A stretch of 64,000 bases of DNA, from NCBI GenBank assembly GCA_034530615.2, contig JAVRCV020000007.1, positions 96,001 to 160,000 on the forward strand. Direction: 5' to 3'. Below the pieces are notes generated by a model. It was not told the DNA's origin and did not search any database. It saw only the letters and a program-made list of their open reading frames with translations. The translations under genes and the position numbers were made by a program. Positions 42,882-53,643 of the stretch are shown here, piece by piece (the stretch's first letter is position 1; each line of letters begins with the position of its first letter). Source of the stretch: Aulosira sp. ZfuVER01 (GTDB lineage Bacteria > Cyanobacteriota > Cyanobacteriia > Cyanobacteriales > Nostocaceae).

Positions 42882-45791
42882 TTACTTCGTTTCCATCCAA
42901 TTCTCACCTGCACGTACATCGACTACCAAAGGCACGCTCAACTGCACCGCATTTTCCATAGCCGACTTAATTTGTGGTTGTAATTCTTCCCATTCTTGGG
43001 GTGGAACTTCAAACACTAATTCATCGTGAACTTGTAATAACAACCGCGCCTGATATTTACTCAAAACATCATGCAGTTTCACCATTGCAATTTTGATAAT
43101 ATCAGCGCTGGAACCTTGGATTGGTGCATTAGCTGCGGAACGAAGTAAACCAGCATCATAAGGGCCTAAATTCTTTAATTTACTCAAATCAATAGCTTCT
43201 GGATTGCTGCCTTTTAATTGGCGTAAACTATTGCTGGTAAACTCAACATAACGACGACGACCGAGAATTGTTTCTACATAACCTTGAGCGATCGCTTCTT
43301 TTTTTACACGCTCTAAATATGTAAATACTTGTGCATAGCGTTCGTTAAATCGCTTAATAAATTCGTTAGCATTGGCTTTATCTACCCCAGTGGAACGGGC
43401 AAACTTTAGAGAACCCATGCCATAAATCACACCAAAATTTATGGTTTTTGCCAATCTCCGTTCGTCTGATGTCACATCTTCTTTCTCAAATACTAATCTT
43501 GCAGTCACAGTGTGAATATCTTCATTTTGCTGATATGCTTGCACCAAAACTGGCTCTTGACTTAAATGAGCCAAAATCCTTAACTCGATTTGCGAGTAAT
43601 CAGCAGCCACCATTAACCAGCTTGGTTCTGGTAAAAATGCTTTGCGAATTTGGCGGCTAAATGCTGTGCGAATCGGAATATTTTGTAAATTGGGATTAGA
43701 AGAAGATAATCTCCCAGTTGATGTCGCTGCTTGGTTGAAATCTGTATGTACTCTGTGGCTATCGGGACGTACTAATGCTGGTAATGCATCTACATAAGTA
43801 GACTTTAATTTAGATAAAGTACGGTACTCTGTGATGGCATCAACAAACCCGGTTTGATCTATTTCCTGAAGTTTTTCTAACGTCGCTGCATCTGTAGAGT
43901 AACCAGTTTGAATTTTGCGGGAATACTTAGTACTTAAACCTAATTTTTCAAACAAAATATGGCTCAATTGTTTTGGAGAACCTAAGTTGAATTTTTCCCC
44001 AGCTATCTCAGTAGCTTGTTCTTCCAACTTTGCCAAATCTGTTTCTAACTGTTGCGAAAGTTCTTTGAGGTAAGCAGAATTAATCCGAACGCCTGTGTAT
44101 TCCATTTCCGCTAAAACTGCTTCTAGCGGCTGTTCCACTTCTAGCAATAGGTGATGTAAAGCTGGAATTTTCTCTAGTTCCTCACGCAACTTTGGTACTA
44201 AGCCAAATGTAGAATAGACATCCATACCGCAGTAATCTGCGACAGTAGGAATATCTAAGTCAGCAATAGTTTTGCCTTTGGGAACTAAATCTACATAACT
44301 TTTGGCAGTTAAACCCAAATATTTTTGAGCTAAATCACTCAAATTATGGCTACTATCTGGATTTAACAGGTAACTAGCTAGCATGGTATCAAATACCACT
44401 CCTGACAATTTTATTCCTTGACACCTGAGAACTAAACGGTCAAATTTGGTATTTTGCAAAGACTTGGGATAATCAGCACTTTCTAAAATTGGACGTAGCG
44501 CTTTTACAACAATCTCTTGATTTAAATTTTCTCCAGTTTTGTGACCAAGGGGAATATAGGCCATTTCATCTGGTTGTGTTCCCCAGCAGCAACCAATTCC
44601 CACTAAAGCAGCGTCTCGTGGTTCTAAATCTGTAGTTTCGGTATCCCAAGCAACTGGTGTCTCTGGGTTGGTAAATTGTTGCAGGAGATTCACCAATTCG
44701 ATGAGCTTCGCTTCGCTATCAATAATCTGTGGTTGAATTACTGAAGCTGGCTTTTGTGCAGCTGCTGCTGTATCCGCCGCACTAAAAAACCATAAATCAC
44801 CATCATCGTTAGTGCTGAGTTGCGCTGCTGGAGGTTCTGCAACTGTTCCCCCAAATTTTTGCTGAATTTCGTTGATTTGACCTAAGAAACGATTTAATTC
44901 TAATTTTTCTAAAATGGGGACGAGAACGTCTCGATCGAATCCTGTTAATTTACAATCTTCTAAATTCACTTCTAAAGGCACATCTATAACTATTTTTGCC
45001 AAATAGCGAGACTTTTGGGCATCTTCTTTACCTGATTCGAGTTTTTTCTGAGTTGCGCCTTTAATTTCATCTAATTTGGCATAAATATTATCTAGAGAAC
45101 CATAGGTACTAAGTAGCTGTACTGCTGTTTTTTCGCCAATTCCCTTAACGCCAGGAATATTATCTGATTTGTCACCACAAAGAGCTTTAAAATCAACAAC
45201 TTGCTCAGGTAATACACCTAGTTTTTCTTGAACTTGTTCTGGGCCAAATTCTGTGATGCCATTTGTAGAGCGTTTCCAGGCATCTGGACTAAAATTGAGA
45301 ACAGTGATTTGCTTTTCTAGGTCGATGAGTTGAAATAAATCGCGATCGCCTGTGAGAATTTTCACTTGATACCCAGCAGCAGTGGCGATTTGTGCTAAAG
45401 TCCCCAAAACATCATCTGCTTCAAAGCCTGGTGCTGTGAAAATAGGCAAATTGAAGCCTGCAAGTAATTCATGGAGATTTTTTAAATCAGGTACAAAATC
45501 TTCTGGTGTACCTGGGCGATCGGCTTTATAGGTATCATCAGCTTCATGGCGGAAAGTTGGCAAGCCCAAATCAAAAGCTATAGCCATTGCTTGTGGCTGT
45601 TGGGTAGCCATGACTTCCAACAGAGATTTGATAAAGCCAAAACAGACACTGGTAGGAATCCCCGTTTTTGTACGTAGTCCTCCGTCTCGTCCTTTAGCAA
45701 AAGCAAAGTAGGAACGAAAGGCCAAAGAGTGTCCATCTACGAGGATGAATGTGGGGCGTGTTGCTATTGTAGAAAGGGAAGGTTGGGACAT
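42882..45791 (-). CDS. polA: DNA polymerase I
   Basis: 5'-3' exonuclease, 3'-5' exonuclease (DTET), ADYSQIELR, LQVHDEL. Confidence 0.99.
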   Translation of the reverse strand: MSQPSLSTIATRPTFILVDGHSLAFRSYFAFAKGRDGGLRTKTGIPTSVCFGFIKSLLEVMATQQPQAMAIAFDLGLPTFRHEADDTYKADRPGTPEDFVPDLKNLHELLAGFNLPIFTAPGFEADDVLGTLAQIATAAGYQVKILTGDRDLFQLIDLEKQITVLNFSPDAWKRSTNGITEFGPEQVQEKLGVLPEQVVDFKALCGDKSDNIPGVKGIGEKTAVQLLSTYGSLDNIYAKLDEIKGATQKKLESGKEDAQKSRYLAKIVIDVPLEVNLEDCKLTGFDRDVLVPILEKLELNRFLGQINEIQQKFGGTVAEPPAAQLSTNDDGDLWFFSAADTAAAAQKPASVIQPQIIDSEAKLIELVNLLQQFTNPETPVAWDTETTDLEPRDAALVGIGCCWGTQPDEMAYIPLGHKTGENLNQEIVVKALRPILESADYPKSLQNTKFDRLVLRCQGIKLSGVVFDTMLASYLLNPDSSHNLSDLAQKYLGLTAKSYVDLVPKGKTIADLDIPTVADYCGMDVYSTFGLVPKLREELEKIPALHHLLLEVEQPLEAVLAEMEYTGVRINSAYLKELSQQLETDLAKLEEQATEIAGEKFNLGSPKQLSHILFEKLGLSTKYSRKIQTGYSTDAATLEKLQEIDQTGFVDAITEYRTLSKLKSTYVDALPALVRPDSHRVHTDFNQAATSTGRLSSSNPNLQNIPIRTAFSRQIRKAFLPEPSWLMVAADYSQIELRILAHLSQEPVLVQAYQQNEDIHTVTARLVFEKEDVTSDERRLAKTINFGVIYGMGSLKFARSTGVDKANANEFIKRFNERYAQVFTYLERVKKEAIAQGYVETILGRRRYVEFTSNSLRQLKGSNPEAIDLSKLKNLGPYDAGLLRSAANAPIQGSSADIIKIAMVKLHDVLSKYQARLLLQVHDELVFEVPPQEWEELQPQIKSAMENAVQLSVPLVVDVRAGENWMETK

Positions 45792-46000
45792 AGCCTTATT
45801 TTAGCCAGAAGCTTAGGTATCGGGACTAGGTAACGACGACGCAGCTTCAGCATCAAAATTATCTAGTATTGCTGTGTACTGGTCAAAATACTTTACCGCA
45901 GTTTCTGGCAATCTCGGCAGTGCATTGCTCTAGGCGATCGCACTTGGTATGCTTTGAGCAGAGTACCTGACTAGGCCGTTGCAGAATTCAATTAATAAAT

Positions 46001-47044
46001 ATGCGATCGCTGGCAGCAATATCTGGATCTATCCGACTTCCACATATAATTTTTACGGGAGTATTTTTTAGCTTACTCCTCATCAGTTGCTCGCCTCTCA
46101 ACAGTAATACTAAACCTGAGTCTCATAATGCAGCGCCAGGTGCTTTTAAAGTAGCCATGATTTTACCTGGGCAAATCAACGATCAAAGTTGGAATCAATC
46201 AGGTTATGAAGGACTAAAGTTAATTCAAAAGCGACTTGGCGCTCAGATAGCTTACACTACTAGCGTCACTAGAACGAATGCAGAGACAATTCTGCGTCAA
46301 TACGCTCAACAAGATTTTGATTTTATTATTATTCATGGCGGTCAATATTTAAATTCCTCGGCAATTGTCGCTAAAGAATTTCCTCGGGTTAAATTTGCAG
46401 TTGTTACCAGTTATGGAGGTAATAACAAAAACTTTGGGGCTTTAGCATTTCGCAGTAATGAAGTTGGTTATTTAGCTGGAGTAATTGCTGCCTTAAAAAC
46501 TAAAACTAATAAAATTTCTTTTATTGGTGGGGAACCTCAATTAATTACTCAAGAAGAAGCAATCTTATTAAAACGCGCTGCCTTAAAAACCAAAAATAAT
46601 CTAAATGTTTCCATTAAGTGGGTGAATAGTTGGCAAGATCCAGATAAAGCTAAAAGCATAGCCGCAACAGAAATTGCCAATGGAGCAGATGTTGTAGTCA
46701 CAGATGCAGATTTAGGAAATTTTGGGGTTTTACAAGCGGTATCTGGAAATAAATCAATATCTGCTATTACTTGGATGTATGCCATTGCTGGAGTTCAGCA
46801 AAAGTATCAATTAGCTGCAAATAATATTGTTACTAGAGTTGTGCAACAAGTACCGCAGTTATTGTTAGAAGGAGCAACTTTAGCACAGCAGGGACGCTGG
46901 GAAGGTAAGCAGTATAAATTCGGCATTTTAGAAGGAGTTCAAGATTTAAAATCATTCAACAGTTCGTTAACTTCTCCACAAGCAGAACTGGTCGAGTCTA
47001 TTAAACAAGATATTCTCACTGGCAAAATTGATATTTCTCCTTAA
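46001..47044 (+). CDS. BMP-family substrate-binding lipoprotein
   Basis: Lipobox LLISC, INDQSWNQSGYEGL, GYLAGVIAA, GADVV. Confidence 0.85.
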   Translation: MRSLAAISGSIRLPHIIFTGVFFSLLLISCSPLNSNTKPESHNAAPGAFKVAMILPGQINDQSWNQSGYEGLKLIQKRLGAQIAYTTSVTRTNAETILRQYAQQDFDFIIIHGGQYLNSSAIVAKEFPRVKFAVVTSYGGNNKNFGALAFRSNEVGYLAGVIAALKTKTNKISFIGGEPQLITQEEAILLKRAALKTKNNLNVSIKWVNSWQDPDKAKSIAATEIANGADVVVTDADLGNFGVLQAVSGNKSISAITWMYAIAGVQQKYQLAANNIVTRVVQQVPQLLLEGATLAQQGRWEGKQYKFGILEGVQDLKSFNSSLTSPQAELVESIKQDILTGKIDISP

Positions 47045-47050
47045 GGAGTT

Positions 47051-49843
47051 TTGATGAAAAAACAGCAGCACCATCATACTTCAAATCTAGCAAGATATGG
47101 ATTTTTTTCTATCACCAATCAATTGCGATATGGTTTAGTTTTGCTAGTAATTACTGCCATGCTGCTGGTATCTGGTACATTGACTTATCTCAGCTTTCAA
47201 GCACAAATGCAACAGTTAGAAGTTGCACAACAGGAACTTGCTCAAGCTGCGGCGGCGAAAATTAATGCTTATTTAGATGATTTACAACGCAAACTCAGTT
47301 ATTTAGCGAGAGTGCAAGGGTTAACTGATTTATCACCGGAAATTCAACAAAGATTACTTGCGGCTTTAACTCGACATCATAGCGCCTATGAAACAGTAGC
47401 AATTTTGGATAGCACAGGAAAGGTTATTTCTGCTGTTGCTCCTTATGGACAATTCAACGTCGATACTATAACGCAAACTCCTGGAATTTTATATGCTATC
47501 AAGCACAAGGAAGATTTTGTGAGTCCGGTGGAAATAGATCGGCTTACAAATTTACCAATTGTTACTTTAGCAGTGCCAATCCGCAATATAGAAGATGAAG
47601 TTAATGGTGTATTAATAGCGCGAATCAATCTCAAATTTCTTAGGTTCTTTATCTACCAAACACAAGTCGGCAAAACAGGTTATAGTTATGTAATTGACAA
47701 GCGAAATTTTCTCATTGCAGCCAAAGAAGAATCAGAATCTATCGAATCTTTGAAGCTTCGAGATTTGTCAGAGCGGCAGTTTATCAGACAATTAAAACGC
47801 TTAGGTAATGATAATTCTCTAGCTAAATATCGCGGTTTAAAAGGTGTACAAGTAATAGGTGCTGTAGCCCCTATTACTAGTTTACGATGGCAAGTTGTAG
47901 TAGAACTTCCCGTTGCAGAAGCTTATGCTCCCATTCGCCAGATGCTTTTATTTATGGGTACATATATCTCTATTGCAACAGTGGTAACGCTAGGAGTAGG
48001 TATATGTTTTCAAAGGCAAATTGTTTTTCCTTTACAAGGATTAACAACAGCAGCAAGGCGAATTAGTACAGGTGATTTGGATACTCAAATCAAAGTTGCA
48101 CAGCGTAATGAAATGGGAGTCTTAGCCGCTACTTTTAATCAAATGACTTTGCAGTTACGCGAACTAATTAAGGATTTAAGCCAAGAACGCAATTTTGTTT
48201 CCGCAGTTCTGGATACAGTTGGTGCTTTAGTTATAGTAATTGATCGGCAAGGGCGAATTGTCCGCTTTAATCGGACTTGTGAACAAATCACTAAATATTC
48301 ATTTGCAGAAGTAGAATATAAATTATTTTGGGATTTATTCGTAATTACCGAAGAAATAGAGTTAGTTAAATCTAATTTTAAAAATCTAAACAACGAGCAA
48401 ACACCCAAAACATCTGAAAGATATTTGTTAACCAAGGATGGACAACAGCGGTTAATTGCTTGGTCAACAACTACTCTTCTAGATGATAACGGGCAAATAA
48501 GGTATGTAATCGATACTGGTCTAGACATCACAGAACGCCGACAAGCAGAGATTCAATTACGTGTAGGCGCAGAAAGAGAGAGATTGATTGCAGAAATTGC
48601 TTTAAGAATTCTGCGAAGTCTGAATCTAGAAGAAATTATCAATACTACAGTTATAGAAGTCAGGAAATTTCTGCAATCTGACAGAGTATTTATTAGTAAC
48701 TTTAATGATAGTTCTCATTGTAATATTTTTGCAGAATCTTTAAATCCAGATTGGGAATCAATTTCAGATCTATTTAATACAGACAATGATTATATTCAAG
48801 AAATCAAAGTTCTTTTTTCCCAAGGAAATTTACAACAAATTGATGACATCAGCCAAACCCAAATCTCACCCAAGCGTGCTTACTACTTTGCTAAATATGA
48901 AGTAAAAGCTTGTTTAGCCATACCAATTATAGTTTCTGATGAGTTTTTTGGTACATTAGTTGCTCATCAGTGTTCCAGAGTGCGTCATTGGGAGCAAGTA
49001 GAAATTGAATTTCTCCAGCAGTTAGCAACACAAGTAGCAATTGCTATTCAGCAAGCAAAGCTCTTTCAAGAAATCCAGATACTGAATGTGAATTTAGAGC
49101 GCAAAGTAGAAGCGAGAACTGCTCAATTACAAGAAAAAATGATGGAATTGCAAGATTTGTATAAACGCCAAGATGAGTTTTTACATGCAGTTTCCCATGA
49201 TTTGCGCACTCCGATTACAGGAACCCTTATGCTGTTGAGGCATTGGCAAAAATCACCTCTAGAGAATATTTCATTACCTCATAAGATTTTAGAACGCATG
49301 ATTGAGAGTGGTGAACGCCAACTAAATTTAATTAATTCATTATTAGAAACTCATGTTAGTGATAGTCGAGGAATTACACTACATTATGAAACCGTAAAAA
49401 TTAGTGAGTTAGTGAAATCTATTGCAGAAGATTTAGATTCATTGTTAGTCAAAAATCAAGCAACAATTAATAATTTAGTATTATCTGATTTACCACTTGT
49501 CAATGCAGATACCATGCAATTAAGGCGGGTATTTGAAAACTTAATTACTAATGCCTTAAATCATAATCCTCCAGGATTAGAAATTACCGTCCAAGCAAGC
49601 GTAGAAGAGGAAATGATTTGTTGCTTAATACAAGATAATGGTGTAGGTATGAGCGAAGAACAATGCCGAGAAATATTTGAACGCTACGCTAGAGGCGATC
49701 GCGCTCGTTCTACTGGTATTGGTTTAGGATTGTATTTATGTCGTCAAATTATCACTGCACATGGAGGACAAATTGGAGTCAAGAGTAGTCCTGGTGCAGG
49801 AGCAACTTTCTGGTTTACCTTACCACATAGTAACCAGAGCTAG
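47051..49843 (+). CDS. Membrane sensor kinase (dCache-HAMP-PAS-GAF-HisKA-HATPase)
   Basis: Two TM segments, GYSYVID Cache motif, HAMP, PAS, GAF, SHDLRTP, GxGLGL. Confidence 0.9.
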   Translation: MMKKQQHHHTSNLARYGFFSITNQLRYGLVLLVITAMLLVSGTLTYLSFQAQMQQLEVAQQELAQAAAAKINAYLDDLQRKLSYLARVQGLTDLSPEIQQRLLAALTRHHSAYETVAILDSTGKVISAVAPYGQFNVDTITQTPGILYAIKHKEDFVSPVEIDRLTNLPIVTLAVPIRNIEDEVNGVLIARINLKFLRFFIYQTQVGKTGYSYVIDKRNFLIAAKEESESIESLKLRDLSERQFIRQLKRLGNDNSLAKYRGLKGVQVIGAVAPITSLRWQVVVELPVAEAYAPIRQMLLFMGTYISIATVVTLGVGICFQRQIVFPLQGLTTAARRISTGDLDTQIKVAQRNEMGVLAATFNQMTLQLRELIKDLSQERNFVSAVLDTVGALVIVIDRQGRIVRFNRTCEQITKYSFAEVEYKLFWDLFVITEEIELVKSNFKNLNNEQTPKTSERYLLTKDGQQRLIAWSTTTLLDDNGQIRYVIDTGLDITERRQAEIQLRVGAERERLIAEIALRILRSLNLEEIINTTVIEVRKFLQSDRVFISNFNDSSHCNIFAESLNPDWESISDLFNTDNDYIQEIKVLFSQGNLQQIDDISQTQISPKRAYYFAKYEVKACLAIPIIVSDEFFGTLVAHQCSRVRHWEQVEIEFLQQLATQVAIAIQQAKLFQEIQILNVNLERKVEARTAQLQEKMMELQDLYKRQDEFLHAVSHDLRTPITGTLMLLRHWQKSPLENISLPHKILERMIESGERQLNLINSLLETHVSDSRGITLHYETVKISELVKSIAEDLDSLLVKNQATINNLVLSDLPLVNADTMQLRRVFENLITNALNHNPPGLEITVQASVEEEMICCLIQDNGVGMSEEQCREIFERYARGDRARSTGIGLGLYLCRQIITAHGGQIGVKSSPGAGATFWFTLPHSNQS

Positions 49844-50688
49844 GAGTTAACAGTGAGCTTTACTAATTGGTCTAACTCATACTGCATCTGACTAACAACT
49901 AACTCATAACATTCATTAACATACTCGCGATCGCACGCTGCCTCTCTGCCATAATATTCAAACTTAATCGGTGGACAAACCCGCGTGTGGATAGTTACAG
50001 GCAATGGGATATTAGGCAATGGGCCGAGTGATAATCCCCAAGGTAAGCCTAGATAAATCGGAAATACTACCGGATCAATTCCAAACAACCAAGGCATACC
50101 CAATTTGTGGAGTTGCTGCACAATTTCATAGCATTCAGTCAGCACAATCAGCGTATCGTGAGCACCCGTGGAAATCACAGGTACAATTGGTACTCGCTCT
50201 CGCAGTGCTAGCTTGATAAACCCTTGTCGCCCTGCAAAATAGATTTTATTACGCAAAGAATACGGTCTAAAAACATCTTCAGCACCACCGGGATATACCA
50301 GTACACTAGCTCCAGAGCGCAAAGCAGCATAAGCCATTTTGGGATGAGCTATAACTGCGCCCGTTTTCGCTACTAGTTGTGCTATTTGTGGGGTTATCTC
50401 CCAGACTGTGGGATGCATCAAACCGTAGACTGGCCTCTCTACACCAAAACGCCGAAACCAGTCATACATCATCATCACCATATCAGGAGCAGCTAGTCCC
50501 CCATTGTGAGAACCAACAAATAAAACTTTCTCATAGGGTGAGACATACTCCCAACCACTAGTTTGAACTCGAAAATAGTGGTCATACAACCACCCAAGTA
50601 GTGGCATGATTGATTCGATGAATCTTGGATCTCGCTCATCCAAAGACCAACCGAGTTTTTTCTTAAGGTGATGTTTTGTGTGTGACAT
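49840..50688 (-). CDS. DGAT2-like acyltransferase
   Basis: GSHNGG...PD, LVYPGG, GFIKLAL..VPIVP. Confidence 0.8.
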   Translation of the reverse strand: MSHTKHHLKKKLGWSLDERDPRFIESIMPLLGWLYDHYFRVQTSGWEYVSPYEKVLFVGSHNGGLAAPDMVMMMYDWFRRFGVERPVYGLMHPTVWEITPQIAQLVAKTGAVIAHPKMAYAALRSGASVLVYPGGAEDVFRPYSLRNKIYFAGRQGFIKLALRERVPIVPVISTGAHDTLIVLTECYEIVQQLHKLGMPWLFGIDPVVFPIYLGLPWGLSLGPLPNIPLPVTIHTRVCPPIKFEYYGREAACDREYVNECYELVVSQMQYELDQLVKLTVNS

Positions 50689-50764
50689 CCAGGCATATTA
50701 CCAGGATTTGTAAAGCTCAGACAATCACTCCTGTTTAGATTCCAGGACAATCTTGAAGAAGCAA

Positions 50765-50866
50765 GGGAGTGTGGGAGGTGTGGGAAGTGTGGGAAGTGTG
50801 GGAAGTGTGGGAAGTGTGGGAAGAAATGCCCAATCACCAATGACAAATGACCAATGACAAATGACG
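50765..50866. repeat. STRR-type tandem repeats (GTGTGGGAA and (C/A)AATGAC)
   Basis: Directly visible. Confidence 0.85.
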
Positions 50867-50929
50867 AATCGAGATTTTTGAGCAGGTTGTGATACGCTAT
50901 CTGCGAGACGGAGCTAAGAGGTACTGAAG

Positions 50930-52000
50930 ATGACTAAATTGCGGGTGGGGTTGCTATTTGGCGGACGTTCTGGGGAACATGAAGTTTCGATTAGTTCAGC
51001 ACGGGCGATCGCTAAAGCCTTAAGTGCAGAGCAAAATGCTAATAAGTATGAAATACTGCCTTTTTACATTCAAAAAGATGGTTTCTGGCAAGCTGGTGAA
51101 GTCGCTCAACAAGTTTTAACATCTGGCGTTGCTATCCAGAATCAAGCTGCTAATCCTAACCTTTGGCAATTTCCACCACAGACACAAGAAGTAGATCTTT
51201 GGTTTCCGATTCTCCACGGGCCTAACGGTGAAGACGGCACAATTCAAGGTTTACTTAGCCTAATGCAAGTCCCGTTTGTTGGTTCTGGGGTGTTAGGTTC
51301 GGCAACGGGGATGGATAAAATTGGCATGAAAGTCGCTTTTGCTCAAGCTGGATTACCCCAAGTTAAGTACAAAGCAGTAACCAGAGCGCAAGTTTGGTCA
51401 AATCCTTGTGTATTTCCGAAATTATGTGATGAAATTGAGTCGGATCTGGGCTACCCTTGCTTTGTCAAGCCTGCAAATTTAGGTTCATCGGTAGGAATTG
51501 CGAAGGTGCGATCGCGCCAAGAATTAGAAGCTGCATTAGATAATGCTGCCAGTTACGATCGGCGGATAATTGTGGAAGCCGGAGTCGTAGCTAGAGAAGT
51601 AGAATGTGCGGTTTTAGGCAACGATCAACCCCAAGCTTCTGTTATTGGCGAAATTACCTATAACAGCGATTTTTACGATTACGAAACAAAATATACCGAA
51701 GGTCGCGCAGATTTACATATACCTGCGCTTTTACCAGATGCGATCGCTAGTCAAATTAAAGACATGGCATTACAAGCCTTTGCCGCTGTTGACGCTGCTG
51801 GCTTGGCTAGAGTAGACTTTTTCTACGTGGAAACAACAGGAGAAGTGTTGATTAATGAAATCAATACCTTACCTGGTTTCACTGCAACTAGTATGTATCC
51901 CCAACTATGGGCATATAGTGGAATATCCTTCCCTGAACTAGTAGATAAATTAATTCAACTAGCTATAGAGAGAGATTCTGCTGTCGAGCCGAAGAGTTAA
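50930..52000 (+). CDS. ddl: D-alanine--D-alanine ligase
   Basis: [32 protein letters not shown]. Confidence 0.97.
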   Translation: MTKLRVGLLFGGRSGEHEVSISSARAIAKALSAEQNANKYEILPFYIQKDGFWQAGEVAQQVLTSGVAIQNQAANPNLWQFPPQTQEVDLWFPILHGPNGEDGTIQGLLSLMQVPFVGSGVLGSATGMDKIGMKVAFAQAGLPQVKYKAVTRAQVWSNPCVFPKLCDEIESDLGYPCFVKPANLGSSVGIAKVRSRQELEAALDNAASYDRRIIVEAGVVAREVECAVLGNDQPQASVIGEITYNSDFYDYETKYTEGRADLHIPALLPDAIASQIKDMALQAFAAVDAAGLARVDFFYVETTGEVLINEINTLPGFTATSMYPQLWAYSGISFPELVDKLIQLAIERDSAVEPKS

Positions 52001-52188
52001 GCCTAATAATAGCTTGTACTAAGGCATAAATGGTGCTAAAAGCAACGTTTTTGCTGCAAGTTATTGGATTTAGTAGCTTAAGCTGCACATAAAAATTACT
52101 TGATTGCAAAATTTGGCTACGGATACCTGATACTTGAATCCTCCAGTATGATCTTGGATCTAGAGGGGTACAAATCTGAAAGTAATCT

Positions 52189-52863
52189 ATGGAAAATAGT
52201 CAGAGTGTACAGCACGAGCCAACCCAATCTACTGGGGCCACTCCAGATCTGACAAACAGTAAATCGAGCGCAATCAGTAGCTCACAAGTTCTGATAAATC
52301 TGCTCACACGCCATCCTTGGCTGTTGTTGATTGGGTTATCAGCAGTGTTTTTTGCAAGTGCTGTGCTTGCCTTGTATAATCTTGGTTCTGTGGGAAATGT
52401 GCAAAAAGCAGAAGAACCAGACAAAAACCTAGATGTATCAACTACAACCGTAGCCGAAGCTGAAGTAGCAATCAATACGCCCTCTGAGAATAGCAATCCT
52501 ACACCTTTATGGATGGTTTTTGCGATCGCCCTCAGCTGCGCTAGTGGTTGCGTAGTAATTTTGCGAATTATCAACCGTCCAGCCAAGGCTCAAAAAGTCC
52601 ACAAACATCTTAAACGCTATCCAACACGCTCAGTACAAAGCCAACCGTCTAGAGTCGAACCACAGCCTCCCAAAAATCCGCAAGTCTTTGTACCACCGCC
52701 ATCATTAACACCCGTTGTCTCCATGCAATCTAGAACCAAACCGCTGATGACGGTTTTACCACCAGAACACAGCTATCGTATGGAGAAAAGCAAAGAGTCT
52801 TTGGCAGATTTAATGGATCTTCGTAAACAGAGTTCTTTATCTGCTCTTTTACGCAAATATTAA
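52189..52863 (+). CDS. Hypothetical membrane protein (two TM segments)
   Basis: Long ORF with two hydrophobic segments; terminator downstream. Confidence 0.75.
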   Translation: MENSQSVQHEPTQSTGATPDLTNSKSSAISSSQVLINLLTRHPWLLLIGLSAVFFASAVLALYNLGSVGNVQKAEEPDKNLDVSTTTVAEAEVAINTPSENSNPTPLWMVFAIALSCASGCVVILRIINRPAKAQKVHKHLKRYPTRSVQSQPSRVEPQPPKNPQVFVPPPSLTPVVSMQSRTKPLMTVLPPEHSYRMEKSKESLADLMDLRKQSSLSALLRKY

Positions 52864-52905
52864 TCTCGTTGCAAAATAAAAATCTGTCAAACTAAAAATC
52901 TTATC

Positions 52906-52938
52906 AATAAGGGTATGGCATTTCTATACCCTTATTTG
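52906..52938 (+). terminator. Probable terminator hairpin
   Basis: AATAAGGGTAT / ATACCCTTATT 11-bp stem. Confidence 0.6.
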
Positions 52939-53472
52939 TGTTTATCTCATTTTTGCTAGAAAAGTTATACCAATTAAAAATTCAATATTAATATCAATTT
53001 ATACCGATTTGAAAAAAAGAATGCCACAGATGAGTGGGGGAATATTTTTGTACCCTTATGAATAATTCACGCAGACATTATCGTACTTGAAATTATTGGT
53101 ATTTTTGTAAGTAGGTTAGATAGATTAATCGGACTAAAAAAGTTAAATATGAACAATTCAACAATTTTAAAAATGCCAATTTGGCAACTAACTTACAATT
53201 ATTACAGTTAAAGTGTAGAAGATAAACGACTTCAAGGGTGTTGTTATCAGGGTCTACCAAGCCATTAAATTAATTTATTCAAGCTGTGTCATCGTAGTAT
53301 TTTTTTAGTATGATAATAGGATATTTGGTTCTTCAGTACTAGTTATGCTTAAATAATAAGCTAAATCTAATTCAATAAACTACCAGTTTCGTACATTCTC
53401 TAAGTTGCATAGTTCTTGCATAATCCAACTATTCAAATCGCTTAAAGCCTTGATAATCGGTTATTTAGAATA

Positions 53473-53516
53473 CCTTGGTAAGGGTGAGGTCACGAGTTCA
53501 ATCCTCGTCACGGGCT
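53473..53516 (+). pseudogene. 3' half of a tRNA-Thr(GGT) gene (att-site-like fragment)
   Basis: CC-TTGGTAA-GGGT anticodon arm, T-arm ACGAG-TTCAATC-CTCGT, 3' acceptor strand CACGGGC-T; no 5' acceptor strand or D-arm upstream. Confidence 0.85.
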
Positions 53517-53643
53517 TTGTATTTTATCTATAATAATCAACGGTAAATTAAGATTTTCAGCCTTTACAAGAGATTTAGAGGTGCAAAAATTGAGTTATTT
53601 ACTCATATTTTTGACTATTAAGTCAAAATTTTGGGTATCAAAA

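Noticed and set aside
48560..49050. GAF domain as a cyanobacteriochrome photosensor
   Set aside because: The canonical chromophore-binding Cys-His position reads SPKRAYY, and no DxCF-type motif is present.
50493..50846. 117-aa minus-strand ORF with FPH repeats
   Set aside because: Translation of the GTGTGGGAA tandem repeat, overlapping the acyltransferase start out of frame.
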